This document shows positions 55,401 to 64,000 of a stretch of 64,000 nucleotides of DNA, piece after piece (within the stretch, counting starts at the first letter, position 1; the number at the start of each line of letters is the position of its first letter). Source of the DNA: Octopus bimaculoides (Eukaryota). The notes beneath the pieces were generated by a model. The model made no database searches, was not told the DNA's origin, and saw only the letters and a list, made by a program, of their open reading frames with translations. Both the position numbers and the translations under genes were made by a program. The DNA is taken from the NCBI RefSeq assembly GCF_001194135.2, contig NC_068988.1:50319364-50383363 (forward strand). Reading direction: 5' to 3'.

Positions 55401-58400
55401 CCAGACAGTCTCCAAGTCTCACAACAATAGAGCAAGTCTGGGAGGAGACCTGCAGACTTGAACCTTTCTTTTCCTTCTCAGATATCAGTTTGGTCATGTT
55501 GCTTGCATTAAGAAGTTGGAACCTGCATATCATGTTCTTTTCTCTTGAGGATCTGGTTGGGGTGATGATGGCTCATGTTGGTTGGCCACATGCTACATGG
55601 TCACAGTGGGCTAGGAACTATCTTACAGAGAGGGGGACTGACTGGGACAACCCAAATACCAACAAACAGTGGATGCAGCAGTACACTGCAGCAGCACGTC
55701 TCCATTTTTTATCTCACCTCTAAGATGCCTGAATACTTAAAACACTGAGTCTACTAAAGGCACCCAAGTAGCAAGTGATAGTTAAGATGACAAATTACAT
55801 CTACCATCCAGTAATTCAGAATGCAAAGAGCAGGGACAAAATATTGCAAGGTTTCTTGTCCAGTGCTCTCACCCGCCATTGATCCAGTGCTTCCCAACTG
55901 TTCAATTTATTTTATCAACCCTAAAATGATGAAAGCTAAGTTAACTTTGGTGTGATTTGACCTCAGAATGCAGGGAGCTGGAACAAATACTACCAGGTAT
56001 TTTGTTTTATGCTCTTATGACTTTTCGATTTATCACCTTTTGGGTTACACAACAGTGGCAACAGGGTCCACTCCTCTTCTCACTTTAATGGTTAGTAGTA
56101 GTAGTAGTAGTACATTTCTCTAGATGTATACAAAATGATGGAAATATCAAAGCATTGGACCAAATTCTTTACCATGTTTACTTTCGTCCTCCTATATTCT
56201 GAATTCAAATACCTCATGGATCAATCAGCCTTGCTTTTCATCTTTCTAGGGATGATAATATAATTCAGAATGATCAGGAGTCAGTTAAATTAACTATACC
56301 CTAAATGAGTGAGTTGACAAAAATGGTAGAGGACTGGATCGAAGATACTACAGCTTTTAGTTTCAATTCTTTGAGTCCTGAGTTCAATTCCCATTAAAGT
56401 CAATCTTTCTATTCATTCTTTTGAAATCTTTCTTGCTTTTCTCTTCTTTTTTTTATACGTTATATGGCTTTTCTTACTCTTGATTGATAAAGATGTTTTG
56501 TGCTAAAAATTTTGACAAATTATTTACTCTACAGGGATTCCTCAGTGTCGGCAGTACTATGCTACAGGAAAACCAGAAAGGAGGATGGGAAGAAATGCCA
56601 CCATTTGAACGTTCCAGTGTAGCAACAAATTTGGCTTACACTATGAAGACAACAGCTTTTAAAATGGCTTCACTGCTGACCATGCAATCTCAAATAGAGA
56701 TAGCTACAGATAATATTGGTAAGCACATTTAAAAAAACAACAAAAAAAACAAAGAATAATCCATACAGTTAAATTCAAACATGGCAAATGCAATAATGTC
56801 TATAGTGCATGATTTTTTGTAATTTCAATACACGAATCCTGACTTCTGTTTGTACTGTCATTTGTGAGATATTCACTGATAATGTAATATATTGCATATA
56901 ATATTAACCAGCTTGAAAAGATGATCACACATGATGAATGAAAACTGTATGATAGGCATCCGCTGACATATACATGGGAGATGAATGCCCCAATATGAAG
57001 ATTTGGAATGGGTGATAAGCGCTGCTGTTGGAAAATAGTACCCTTAGAAGAGGACATAAGTTGTAAGGTGGGGGTCTTAGGACACAGACTTCACAGAAGA
57101 AATGATGGAAGATTGAAACTAGTGACAATAAACTGTATGGCAGACCAGTCCATACCACTGTGGAAACTCTGATGTTAAAATATTGTTAGTGTTTGTGTGT
57201 GTGTGTGTATAGTCTATCAAGCTGTTTGTGTGCATGTGTTGGTATTTATTATATTTTGTTGTAAATTACACACGAATTCATAAAAAAGTGTTTGTACTGT
57301 GATTTTGGGAGTGCAATTTTGCCTAAATGTTCTTACAGACCTCGAAATAAAGGTTGCAGAAATTACACAGCACCTACAAGATGTTAAAATGCCTTCCAGT
57401 CAGTATTTTCGTTCCGTTGAAGACTACATTGTTATACCAAAGGAAAATTTAATGAAATATTCTCATGGAGGTAAGTTTTCTTTTCATGTGTTTGTTTATA
57501 TTTGTTTCTTTTACCTCATCTCATCTCCTCTCTCTCTCTCTCTCATCCGTATATATATATATATTCTATCATCATCATCATCTTCCATGTACGCATGGGT
57601 AGGACATTTGACAGGAGCCATCCAGGTAGAAAATCTACCCAAGGATACTGTGTCTGTTTTGGCAGGGATTTTAGGCTGGATGCCCTTCCTAACACCAAAG
57701 GATAAGCAAGTTAGGCAAGTTGATACACAAAGAATGTTCAATACATTAAATACAAAAAATGTATTTGATGTATTAAATATTCTTTGTATATTGATCTGCC
57801 TAACTTGCTTATCCTTATATTCATTCCTCTACCTGATCAAGTTGAAACCTCTTGAGCACTATTAGGTGTATTCGATACAGAGAATATCCAATTCTTATCT
57901 ATGTACTATATATATGACACGTAAAAGCACCCACTACACTCTCTGAGTGGTTGGCGTTAGGAAGGGCATCCAGCTGTAGAAACTCTGCCAAATTAGATTG
58001 GAGCCTGGTGTAGCCATCCGGTTGCACCAGTCCCCATGCTAGCATGGAAAGCGAACGTTAAACGATGATGATGATGATGATGATGATGATATACACACAC
58101 ACGTGTGTGTGTGTTGGTAAGAGCTTACCTGTATTCACATTTTCATGCTACTAAGGGTTACAGAGTAAATTATTTCAAGTGGGAATTTTAAGGTTTATTA
58201 TATATATCCCTTGCATCTTATTTAATGTCTCTTCTTTGTTTTTGCAGGTTTGTATCGTGCTGTCTATATGGTGTATAAGAACCTTGATGATTTGCTCAAC
58301 AATGAGTTAGATGAAGATGTAATGGAAACTGACAAAAAACAAGGAGCTGGTGATGGTGATGATGGTGGTGATGATGATGATGTGGTGGACAAGAAAGAAT

Positions 58401-61377
58401 CTGTCCATGTTGAAACCCGTGTACACAACAAGAAATTCAAAGAATCCCCTCAGCTTGATATCCAACTACAAGAGACAGATAGTGACCAAGAAACAGTTGA
58501 AACAGAAATACAAGCCCCACAGAAAATCAACACCCGAATTTTGTCTGTCACCATTGACAACCGACAAAATACACAGTTAGAAAAGCCAGTGGTTTTTGTA
58601 TTGAAGCATCTCGTGGTAAGCATCTAAGTAAAGTAGTTCTAATATTGGTTAAGGTTTCATTTCATAATGTGAAAATCATGTTTTGTTTTGGCCAAATTAT
58701 ACACATTCCACGGTATCAGTGTATGTCATGAAAGAAATTTTAAGCATTACATATCATTTATAGGTGCAGGTATGGCTGTGTGGTTAAGAAGTTTGCTTCC
58801 CAACCACATGGTTTCAGGTTCAATCCCACTGCATGGCACCTTGGTTTTGACAGGTATCAGTCTCTCATAATCCTTTATATAGCACACACAGCAACAGAGA
58901 AAACTGGCCATCCTTGTTGTTGTGTATATACTATTTTATTGTGTGAATATAGTCAATGTGTTTAGTTACAGTCTTTCTGTATGCATGTATCATAAACTTG
59001 TAAGTCTAAATAACTTTACTGGGCATCGAAAGGATCTCTTAAAATATCTCCTATTTCTTCTTTTCTAGGATCAAGACCCACGGAATGCAAAATGTGTATT
59101 TTGGAATTATACAGTGTAAGTTGATCTGTTATGTATGTTACGTGTGTATTTACCTATTTTATTGATATATTTGTTAGGGCATTTTTATGAATATGTTGTT
59201 GTGTTATTGTAAATGTAATCATGTGTTTACTGATATTGTATCTATGATTCTCTACATATGTATCTCTCTATGTATGTGCTTTAATGTCTTTTCTTTATCC
59301 TATAATTTTGCTGAGCTTTCTGCTTTTCTTTGACAGGCGAAACATGGATGGCCGTTGGTCCAGAAAAGGCTGTCAGCTTTTGTCCACCAATATGACCCAC
59401 ACAGCTTGTAAATGTAACCATCTAACTAGCTTTGCTGTACTTATGGACTTCATTGGCACCAAGGTGACATCATCAGTTATAATATTGTTGTTTTTTAAGT
59501 GGTTTTCCTTCTGCTTCTTTACATTCTGACTTTAGAAAGCCAAGGTCATCTTTAGAATAAAGTATTAATTGACTAACCTCCCTCTTCGAATTTTCCACCT
59601 CGTGCCCATGTTAAAATTTTTATAGAGCTTTGGAGTGTCACACAAAATTGACTTGCAATATCTCTTCCAGCTCTTTACATACTGTATTCAAATCCTGCTG
59701 AGATCAGCTTTGCCATTCATCCCATTATTATTATAATTATCGTTATTATTGAGGCAGGAAGCTGGCAGAATTGTTAGCATGCTGGACGAAATGTTTAGCA
59801 GTATTTCATTTGTCTCTACGTTTAAAGTTCAAATTCCGCCAAGGTCGATTTTGCCTTTCATCCTTTTGGGGGTCAATAAATTGAGTACCAGCGAAACACT
59901 GGGTCAGTGTAATTGACTAGTCCCTTCCCCACAAATTTGAGGCCTTGTGCCTCCATTAGAAAGGATTATTATTATAATAAATTCTGCTAAGGTTGACTTT
60001 GCCTTTCATCTTTTCAGGGACAATAAATTAAGTACCAGTGAAACCTTGGGGTTAATGTAATTGACAAGTTCCCTCCCGACAAACTTGAAGCCTTGTGCCT
60101 CCAGCAGAAAGGATTATTATTATTAAGGTGGCATGATGACAAAATTGTTAGCACACTGGACAAAATACTTAGTGGTATTTACATTCTGAGTTCAAATTCC
60201 TCCGAGGTCGACTTTGCTTTTCATCCTTTCAGGGTCGATAAATTAAGTACCAGTGAAACACTGTACCTTCCCGCCAAATTTCAGGCCTTGTGCCTTTAGT
60301 AGAAAGGATTATTACTATTAGGGTGGAATGCTGGTAAAATCTTTAGTACATTGAGAAAAATTCTTAGCAGCATTTCTTGCAGCTGTTTAAATACATTCTG
60401 ACTTCAAATTCTGACAAGATCAACTTTGTTTATTGTATTTTTAATATCTTTTTCTTGATTAAAATCCCTCCAATGTCAATAGCATTAGTACCAGTAACAT
60501 AATATACCCTATTTTAACGTGTATAAGGAACCCTTTTTTGTCAAAAATTGCATTAAAAAAAATATGGGAGTTTCTTATACATGGATAGTGTTATAATCCC
60601 TTACAAAACCGTTTTCCCAAATTTTAATACTCCAAAGTTAAGGGTTCCTTATACATGTTAAAATATGGTACTGTGTTATTTCAGTCACCTTTATGCAGAA
60701 TTTTAATAGTAATTATTAAATTTTATTCTTGTCATTGAAAAAGAAAAAAAAAAGAGAGAACAATGCCAAACACTGATATTGTTCTTTTCAATAAGTTTGT
60801 TTTGTTCCTAAGTTGTATTGGGATAAATAGTAAAATTGATGCAGTATAACTGTTTAACTTCTGGATTACACTTCATCTTTCGGTCTGTATATGAAATATA
60901 TAACACGACTATGTAAAAATTGAACTGAGCTTTGTTGTTTATCAAACCAAACTAATATTGCTGTTGTTTTAGTTGTTTATTGTTGCAGACATATCTGTTG
61001 TTGCTATGTATGTTTGTTATGACTGTTGTGGTTGTGACTTTTGTTGTTGTTGTTGCTGTTGTAATTGCAGTTGTAGTTATAGCTGTAGTGGTGGTAGTAG
61101 TAGTAATTTTTGTTTTTGTTTCTCTCTTTAATGTTATCAAAGCTGTTACATTAGCAGTATCAACACCATCACTACCATCATCATCATGATCATCATTGTA
61201 ATTATCTTTGTTATTAATACTGCCAGCACCATTCTCAATAATATTTTTATTTTTATTTTTTTTTTTTTTCCAGCCCCCAGGCCCACATGTTGATGCCCTG
61301 TACATTATCACTTTCGTTGGCTGTATTCTCTCCATTATCGGCCTCTTCTGCTGTTTTGTAACGTTCAGCTACTTTAG
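13732..61377 (+). CDS. Cirl: Latrophilin/Cirl-like adhesion GPCR, multi-exon, 3'-incomplete (signal peptide-RBL-Ig-mucin-HRM-GAIN-GPS-TM1)
   Basis: Exons join in frame with GT-AG sites and consistent phases (2264 nt using either lectin C-half exon). The lectin motif [18 protein letters not shown] resembles protostome Cirl (ANYGRFSITICN..WSVNC, recalled, not searched). GPS CxCNHL|TSFAVLM and a TM1 helix are present. Orthology is by motif recognition. Confidence 0.9.
16290..16500 (-). mobile_element. RTE-type LINE ORF C-terminal remnant
   Basis: Minus-strand translation [32 protein letters not shown] matches the RGRPRKTW C-terminus of RTE ORFs. Similar piece at about 19040-19160. Confidence 0.7.
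20674..20812 (+). mobile_element. R4/Dong-like non-LTR retrotransposon endonuclease C-terminal remnant
   Basis: Translates [45 protein letters not shown], resembling the VPvVIGALG.iPK.L...L..lGi...i..LQK..lL..ARIL end of REL-type LINEs (recalled consensus). Confidence 0.55.
21147..21554. mobile_element. hAT-like MITE nested in a SINE family 4 copy
   Basis: Imperfect terminal inverted repeats CAGGGCCGGATTAA / taaatccagcactg. SINE sequence continues on both sides. TSD not clear. Confidence 0.6.
21752..22150 (+). mobile_element. SINE family 1, full copy
   Basis: Same sequence family as 8572-8965. Confidence 0.85.
22390..22457. repeat. (ATT)n trinucleotide tract
   Basis: Near-perfect run; source of the poly-I/poly-N/poly-L ORFs. 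Confidence 0.95.
24340..25530 (-). mobile_element. Degenerate Tigger/pogo DNA transposase remnant, interrupted by a retroposon at about 25010-25250
   Basis: Minus strand gives a CENP-B-like HTH ([19 protein letters not shown]), [11 protein letters not shown] (cf. FWKKMP.RTFI), NVLLLL.NAS (cf. ILLLLDNAP.H) and QPVDKGV..NFKAY (cf. QPMDQGVI..FKAYY), with stops and frameshifts. Confidence 0.75.
27628..27832 (+). CDS. Cirl: Lectin (SUEL/RBL) N-half exon: [68 protein letters not shown](R)
   Basis: ctgcag acceptor, AG|gtgagt donor, phase 1 to 2; CE..L.L.C..I.I..ANYGR motif with 4 Cys. Confidence 0.95.
29992..30455 (+). mobile_element. SINE family 1 copy with internal deletion and N gap in the central microsatellite
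   Basis: Same family; N run at 30155-30228. Confidence 0.8.
30155..30228. other. Assembly gap (74 N) inside a SINE microsatellite
   Basis: N run. Confidence 1.
31180..31468. other. Assembly gap (289 N), probably a false gap between overlapping contigs
   Basis: An identical 53-bp sequence lies on each side (31127-31179 = 31469-31521). Confidence 0.9.
32146..32534 (+). mobile_element. SINE family 1, full copy
   Basis: Same family. Confidence 0.85.
34255..34364 (+). CDS. Cirl: Lectin C-half exon, variant 1: (R)[36 protein letters not shown]
   Basis: cctttttctcag acceptor, G|gtaaga donor, 110 bp, phase 2 to 1; DPC.GT.KYL motif with 4 Cys. Too short for the ORF track. Confidence 0.93.
37492..37712. 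mobile_element. piggyBac-like MITE (TTAA flanks, C(C)CTTTAGCATT-type TIRs)
   Basis: TTAA at 37488-37491 and 37713-37716; TIRs cgctttagcatt / aatgttaaagag. Reverse copies at 49738-49949 and 54705-54904. Confidence 0.7.
40775..42072 (+). mobile_element. Degenerate RTE-type LINE reverse transcriptase, split by a retroposon insertion at about 41176-41524
   Basis: Translated pieces: [49 protein letters not shown]|VGV, LLFIII, TGCP..LYTDNL (YADD-derived), [23 protein letters not shown]. Many stops. Confidence 0.8.
43692..43801 (+). CDS. Cirl: Lectin C-half exon, variant 2: (R)[36 protein letters not shown]
   Basis: acctag acceptor, G|gtatgt donor, 110 bp, phase 2 to 1; ungapped paralog of 34255-34364. 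Confidence 0.92.
44132..44733 (+). mobile_element. Four head-to-tail 5'-truncated copies (about 150 bp each) of the (ATT)n-tailed SINE family 4
   Basis: Each unit runs from ttccac..ggttgactttgcc through gataaa..agtacca to aggccttgtg..agaaaggattattatt. Confidence 0.85.
45850..46220 (+). mobile_element. tRNA-derived SINE family 3 (related copy at about 4195-4490; fragments at about 36490-36630 and 32745-32800)
   Basis: Head agctcagtggttag...gagtttgattccc; shared core cttgagcaagacact and 3' ggtgcaatcccatggtcattcatgacc. Confidence 0.75.
49268..49348 (+). CDS. Cirl: Ig-like domain exon 1: [27 protein letters not shown](G)
   Basis: ttttctag acceptor, G|gtatgt donor, 81 bp, phase 1-1; G.tV.L.C Ig B-strand motif. 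Confidence 0.85.
50179..50370 (+). CDS. Cirl: Ig-like domain exon 2: [64 protein letters not shown]
   Basis: ttccttag acceptor, T|gtaagt donor, 192 bp, phase 1-1; C-strand W.K, L.I, and D.G.Y.C motifs. Confidence 0.9.
51747..52121 (+). CDS. Cirl: Thr/Pro-rich mucin-like stalk and start of HRM domain (...[31 protein letters not shown](G))
   Basis: tttttag acceptor, G|gtgagc donor, 375 bp open frame, phase 1-1; C..GI.WP..CP HRM motif. Confidence 0.92.
52507..52871. mobile_element. Tigger-type MITE with TA target duplication
   Basis: TA|CAGGCTCACTTCAACTTACGTTG ... CAACGTAAGCTGAGATATACCTG|TA imperfect TIRs. Confidence 0.75.
53263..53360 (+). CDS. Cirl: HRM domain exon: [33 protein letters not shown]
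   Basis: ctcatag acceptor, gtacgt donor, phase 1 to 0; A.W.C...W..P....C..W motif. Confidence 0.92.
54011..54390 (+). mobile_element. SINE family 1, full copy
   Basis: Same family. Confidence 0.85.
54514..54696 (+). CDS. Cirl: GAIN-A exon: [61 protein letters not shown]
   Basis: tttttag acceptor, GAG|gtaatt donor, 183 bp, phase 0-0; L.SGDI motif typical of GAIN-A. Confidence 0.88.
55300..55700. mobile_element. LINE (RTE-like) remnant with an inverted 5' segment
   Basis: Minus strand 55470-55300: [26 protein letters not shown]. Plus strand 55485-55660: FGHVA..EPAYHVL...G.PHATW. Confidence 0.65.
56535..56718 (+). CDS. Cirl: GAIN exon: [61 protein letters not shown]
   Basis: ctacag acceptor, G|gtaagc donor, phase 0 to 1; S.lL....W..m...er..vAt.L pattern of latrophilin GAIN. 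Confidence 0.9.
57339..57470 (+). CDS. Cirl: GAIN exon: [44 protein letters not shown](G)
   Basis: cttacag acceptor, GAG|gtaagt donor, 132 bp, phase 1-1; d.I.iP motif. Confidence 0.88.
57920..58090 (+). mobile_element. (GAT)n-tailed retroposon 3' end (RTE-type tail family)
   Basis: gttggcgttaggaagggcatccagctgtag...gttaaacgatgatgat. Reverse copies at about 49524-49737, 16085-16260, 18790-19000 and 25010-25190; forward copy at about 41216-41520. Confidence 0.75.
58248..58615 (+). CDS. Cirl: GAIN-B exon with acidic insert: [17 protein letters not shown]...[31 protein letters not shown]
   Basis: tttgcag acceptor, GTG|gtaagc donor, phase 1 to 0; YKNL..LL, INT.ILS and L..PV.F.L.H motifs. Confidence 0.92.
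59069..59115 (+). CDS. Cirl: GPS exon 1: [15 protein letters not shown](V)
   Basis: ttttctag acceptor, GT|gtaagt donor, 47 bp, phase 0 to 2; C.FW motif. Confidence 0.92.
59337..59463 (+). CDS. Cirl: GPS exon 2 with autoproteolysis site and tethered agonist: [29 protein letters not shown]|[13 protein letters not shown]
   Basis: tttgacag acceptor; WS..GC...T.C.C.HLT.FAVLM motif, with HL|T at 59419-59427. The donor AAG|gtgaca is weak but gives the phase 0 needed by the next exon. Confidence 0.93.
59751..60430 (+). mobile_element. Head-to-tail cluster of about 4 SINE family 4 copies
   Basis: Same units as at 44132-44733, with heads ggcggcgagctggcagaa-like. Further copies at about 4940-5165, 8085-8545, 17270-17900, 28700-28915 and 43310-43545. 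Confidence 0.8.
60507..60668. mobile_element. Short Tc1/Tigger-type MITE with TA target duplication
   Basis: TA|CCCTATTTTAACGTGTATAAGGAACC ... GGTTCCTTATACATGTTAAAATATGG|TA, about 26-bp TIRs with 2 mismatches. Confidence 0.8.
61274..61377 (+). CDS. Cirl: TM1 exon: [34 protein letters not shown](R)
   Basis: T-run + ccag acceptor, AG|gtaagt donor, phase 0 to 2; H..L..IT.VGC..SI..L...TF is the adhesion-GPCR TM1 signature. Confidence 0.93.
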
Positions 61378-61592
61378 GTAAGTTGATCCCTCTCACTCCA
61401 CTTCTTGTATGGCTTCCTTTCTCAGTAGTGTTTACCCACCAAATCACCTGCTTTAATTAACCACCTCACAATCTTCTCCCCCCACAACACTAATCAAAAG
61501 GTTGTATCTCTACTTCTAAAATGTTCACTTAAATCCTTCCCTCATCCTTCTCCTGTCCTATCTCTCATGACCATGCACAAAACAATAAAGAT

Positions 61593-61625
<33 letters not shown>

Positions 61626-61731
61626 ATAATATTAGGGACAAAATCCAAAATTACAGGTAAAAACTCAATTAAAATCAATTTATAAAAAATTCAAATTAAA
61701 TTGAGCTTTATAGATTATAATATATATAAAA

Positions 61732-61908
61732 ATATATAGTGTTAGGGAAAAGAACCAAGTTTCAAGAACTCATCGATGAAAATCCACTATCACATATAGA
61801 AAAATTAATAATTAAAAGCACAATAAATGAGTATAATATAAAACAATGTAAATATCATAAATATCGATGAGTTCTTGAAACTTGGTTCTTTTCCCTAATA
61901 CTATATAT
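61732..61908. repeat. 46-bp inverted repeat with an 85-nt spacer, within (TA)n flanks
   Basis: Arms 61732-61777 and 61863-61908 are reverse complements with one mismatch. Confidence 0.9.
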
Positions 61909-63329
61909 ATATATATATATATATATAAGTGAAAATAAAATAATGTATAAAGAAGGGGGCCCCACGAACAACATGAGGGGTTTGTAGAAAGATTGCTTAA
62001 ATTGCTACACAGTCAAAATTGTAGAAGGTTAGTCTAAATTGTTGCAATATATTGTTAAATTTAAATTCAGGGTACGTTAGAGGCAAATTAAAACAATGCA
62101 TGCACACACATACATACACACCTTTACAGATATATGTATATATATAGATGTGTGTGTGTGTGTGTGAATATATATTAATATATGTACTATATTATATAAG
62201 AAAAGAGAAGCTTACTTATTGGTAAAATTACTAGGTAATTTAGATAAAGTAGTTGTCAATTGTATACACATACACACTCACATGCATCTACAAAACCTAT
62301 CTTACAATGAGCTTGTGAGTCTGAATAAATAATTTTTGTTTATTTCATTTTCTACGTCCAAATTGCAAGTCTCCTGAACTTAGACTTCATATTTTGGGCA
62401 AATCAGACTCAGTAGATGTCTATATATAATGGTAATAGGGAACCACACCAAATTTTGTATGTAAATGCGTGTGTCTCAGTCTGGATACGTATATTTTTAT
62501 TGATTTATATACATTTATAAATGAATTTATGGTATTTGAAATCATTTCAGATTCTAGTTGATCGTAGAAATTCAGTGGGTGTCGGGGGTGAAACGTGTTT
62601 GTGTGTATATTCGGTAGTCTGTTATTTATGACAAGGATGACCCTCAACCACAATAAGGAATTAGATACTTAAAGGCAGGTAATTGATATTAGCTTTGTAA
62701 AATAATATCTTGTGGGCTTGTTACAATATTTGCATAAACACACACACCTTCTGTAATTCCCCAAAATTGAAGAAAAACTACAACTCAGTAAAGAACTTAA
62801 TAAATTTTCTATGTTCTATAAGTGAAATGATACCTTATGAGTGTATGCTTATTTCAAAGTATTTTTGTAAGTTGTCAAAGATCTTTAGACCAGAAACACA
62901 CATGCACACACACTTTTATAAGGGAGAGATTGATAGATAGATAAAGGAGGATAATTATGTGAATAAGAAGGTAAGTGCCACTGTGCAATAGCTCTGGGCC
63001 AAACGAAACCTTGTGAGTGGATTTGGTAGACAGTAACTTTAAAAAAAGCTCATTGTGTGTGTGTGTGTGTGTGTGCGCAATGTGTATGAGTTTGTTTCTT
63101 TGTCTTGACATCATGTGTTACTTGTAGATGTATGCTGTCATCATACAAGTGGTGTCCTTCCTTTACAGTCTTCTGTGAAAAAATGTCCAACCATGGGGAA
63201 ATATAACACTACTTGGAAATAAGTAATGGTTGGCAACAGGGAGGGTGTCTGGCTATAGAGAATAAACCTCAACAAGTTTTGTCTGAACCATGCAAACATA
63301 GAAAAATTGATGTTAAAACAATGACAGTG

Positions 63330-63538
63330 TGTGCATATATGTATACAAACGTGTATATATATGTATGAATGTATCTGTACACGCGTGTGTGTATGAGCCA
63401 GAAAATAATGCAAATAAAAATTACACCACTTTCTGACTTGCCCTCCTCTGTATGTGTATGCATACACATATATGTATTTACATGCATATATATATATATA
63501 TATATATATATGCATTTGCATGTATGTGTGTGTGTGTA

Positions 63539-63605
<67 letters not shown>

Positions 63606-63759
63606 TTATTATTGCATGGATATATACCTCTTGGAGGGATATTAGCAACCAAGTTCCACGGTTTTATCCAGTGTATCAGTGAAGTACTAAAAAGATGTTA
63701 GCTTCTCATTGATGCAAATGGGTATATTATTTGTTAGAATATGTGTGTGTGTGTATATG

Positions 63760-63790
<31 letters not shown>

Positions 63791-63791
63791 G

Positions 63792-63822
<31 letters not shown>

Positions 63823-64000
63823 TTATATATATGTATATATATATATACACATATTTATATCTATCCATATATGTATATATACATACATATACATATGTAT
63901 ATATACATGTGTGTGTATATGTGTATATATATGTACATATACATGTGTGTATATATGTATATATACATGTATATATATGCATGTATATATATATATATGT
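63330..64000. repeat. Compound (TA)n/(TG)n microsatellite region
   Basis: Direct inspection. Confidence 0.9.

Noticed and set aside
60952-61335. 127-aa minus-strand ORF with poly-Thr
   Set aside because: Low-complexity (GTT/GTA)n intron sequence overlapping the TM1 exon in antisense.

Overview
AT-rich, microsatellite- and SINE-dense animal genomic DNA, probably octopus (inferred from the repeat families and the (TA)n/(CA)n load). The window holds the 5' part of one large + strand gene, a Cirl/latrophilin-type adhesion GPCR. I assembled it by hand from 15 GT-AG coding exons between 13732 and 61377. Fourteen exons per transcript give 2264 nt (754 codons + 2 nt) with every intron phase consistent. 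Domain order: signal peptide, SUEL/rhamnose-binding lectin (RBL), Ig-like domain, Thr-rich mucin stalk, hormone-receptor domain (HRM), GAIN with a 76-aa acidic insert, GPS (HL|TSFAVLM), TM1. The remaining 7TM exons lie beyond the window. Main finding: the C-terminal half of the single lectin domain is encoded by two paralogous 110-bp exons (34255-34364 and 43692-43801). They have identical phases and 18/36 aa identity, and I found no second N-half exon between them. Including both or skipping both gives a premature stop, so they look like a mutually exclusive exon pair that swaps the ligand-binding half of the lectin. RBFOX- and QKI/STAR-type motifs sit next to them. An Ig domain in a latrophilin-type receptor is also unusual. 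Everything else is repeats: several tRNA-type SINE families, RTE and R4-like LINE remnants, a Tigger transposase remnant, Tigger/hAT/piggyBac-like MITEs, mini- and microsatellites, and two N gaps, one probably false. All calls are by eye; no database searches were run.
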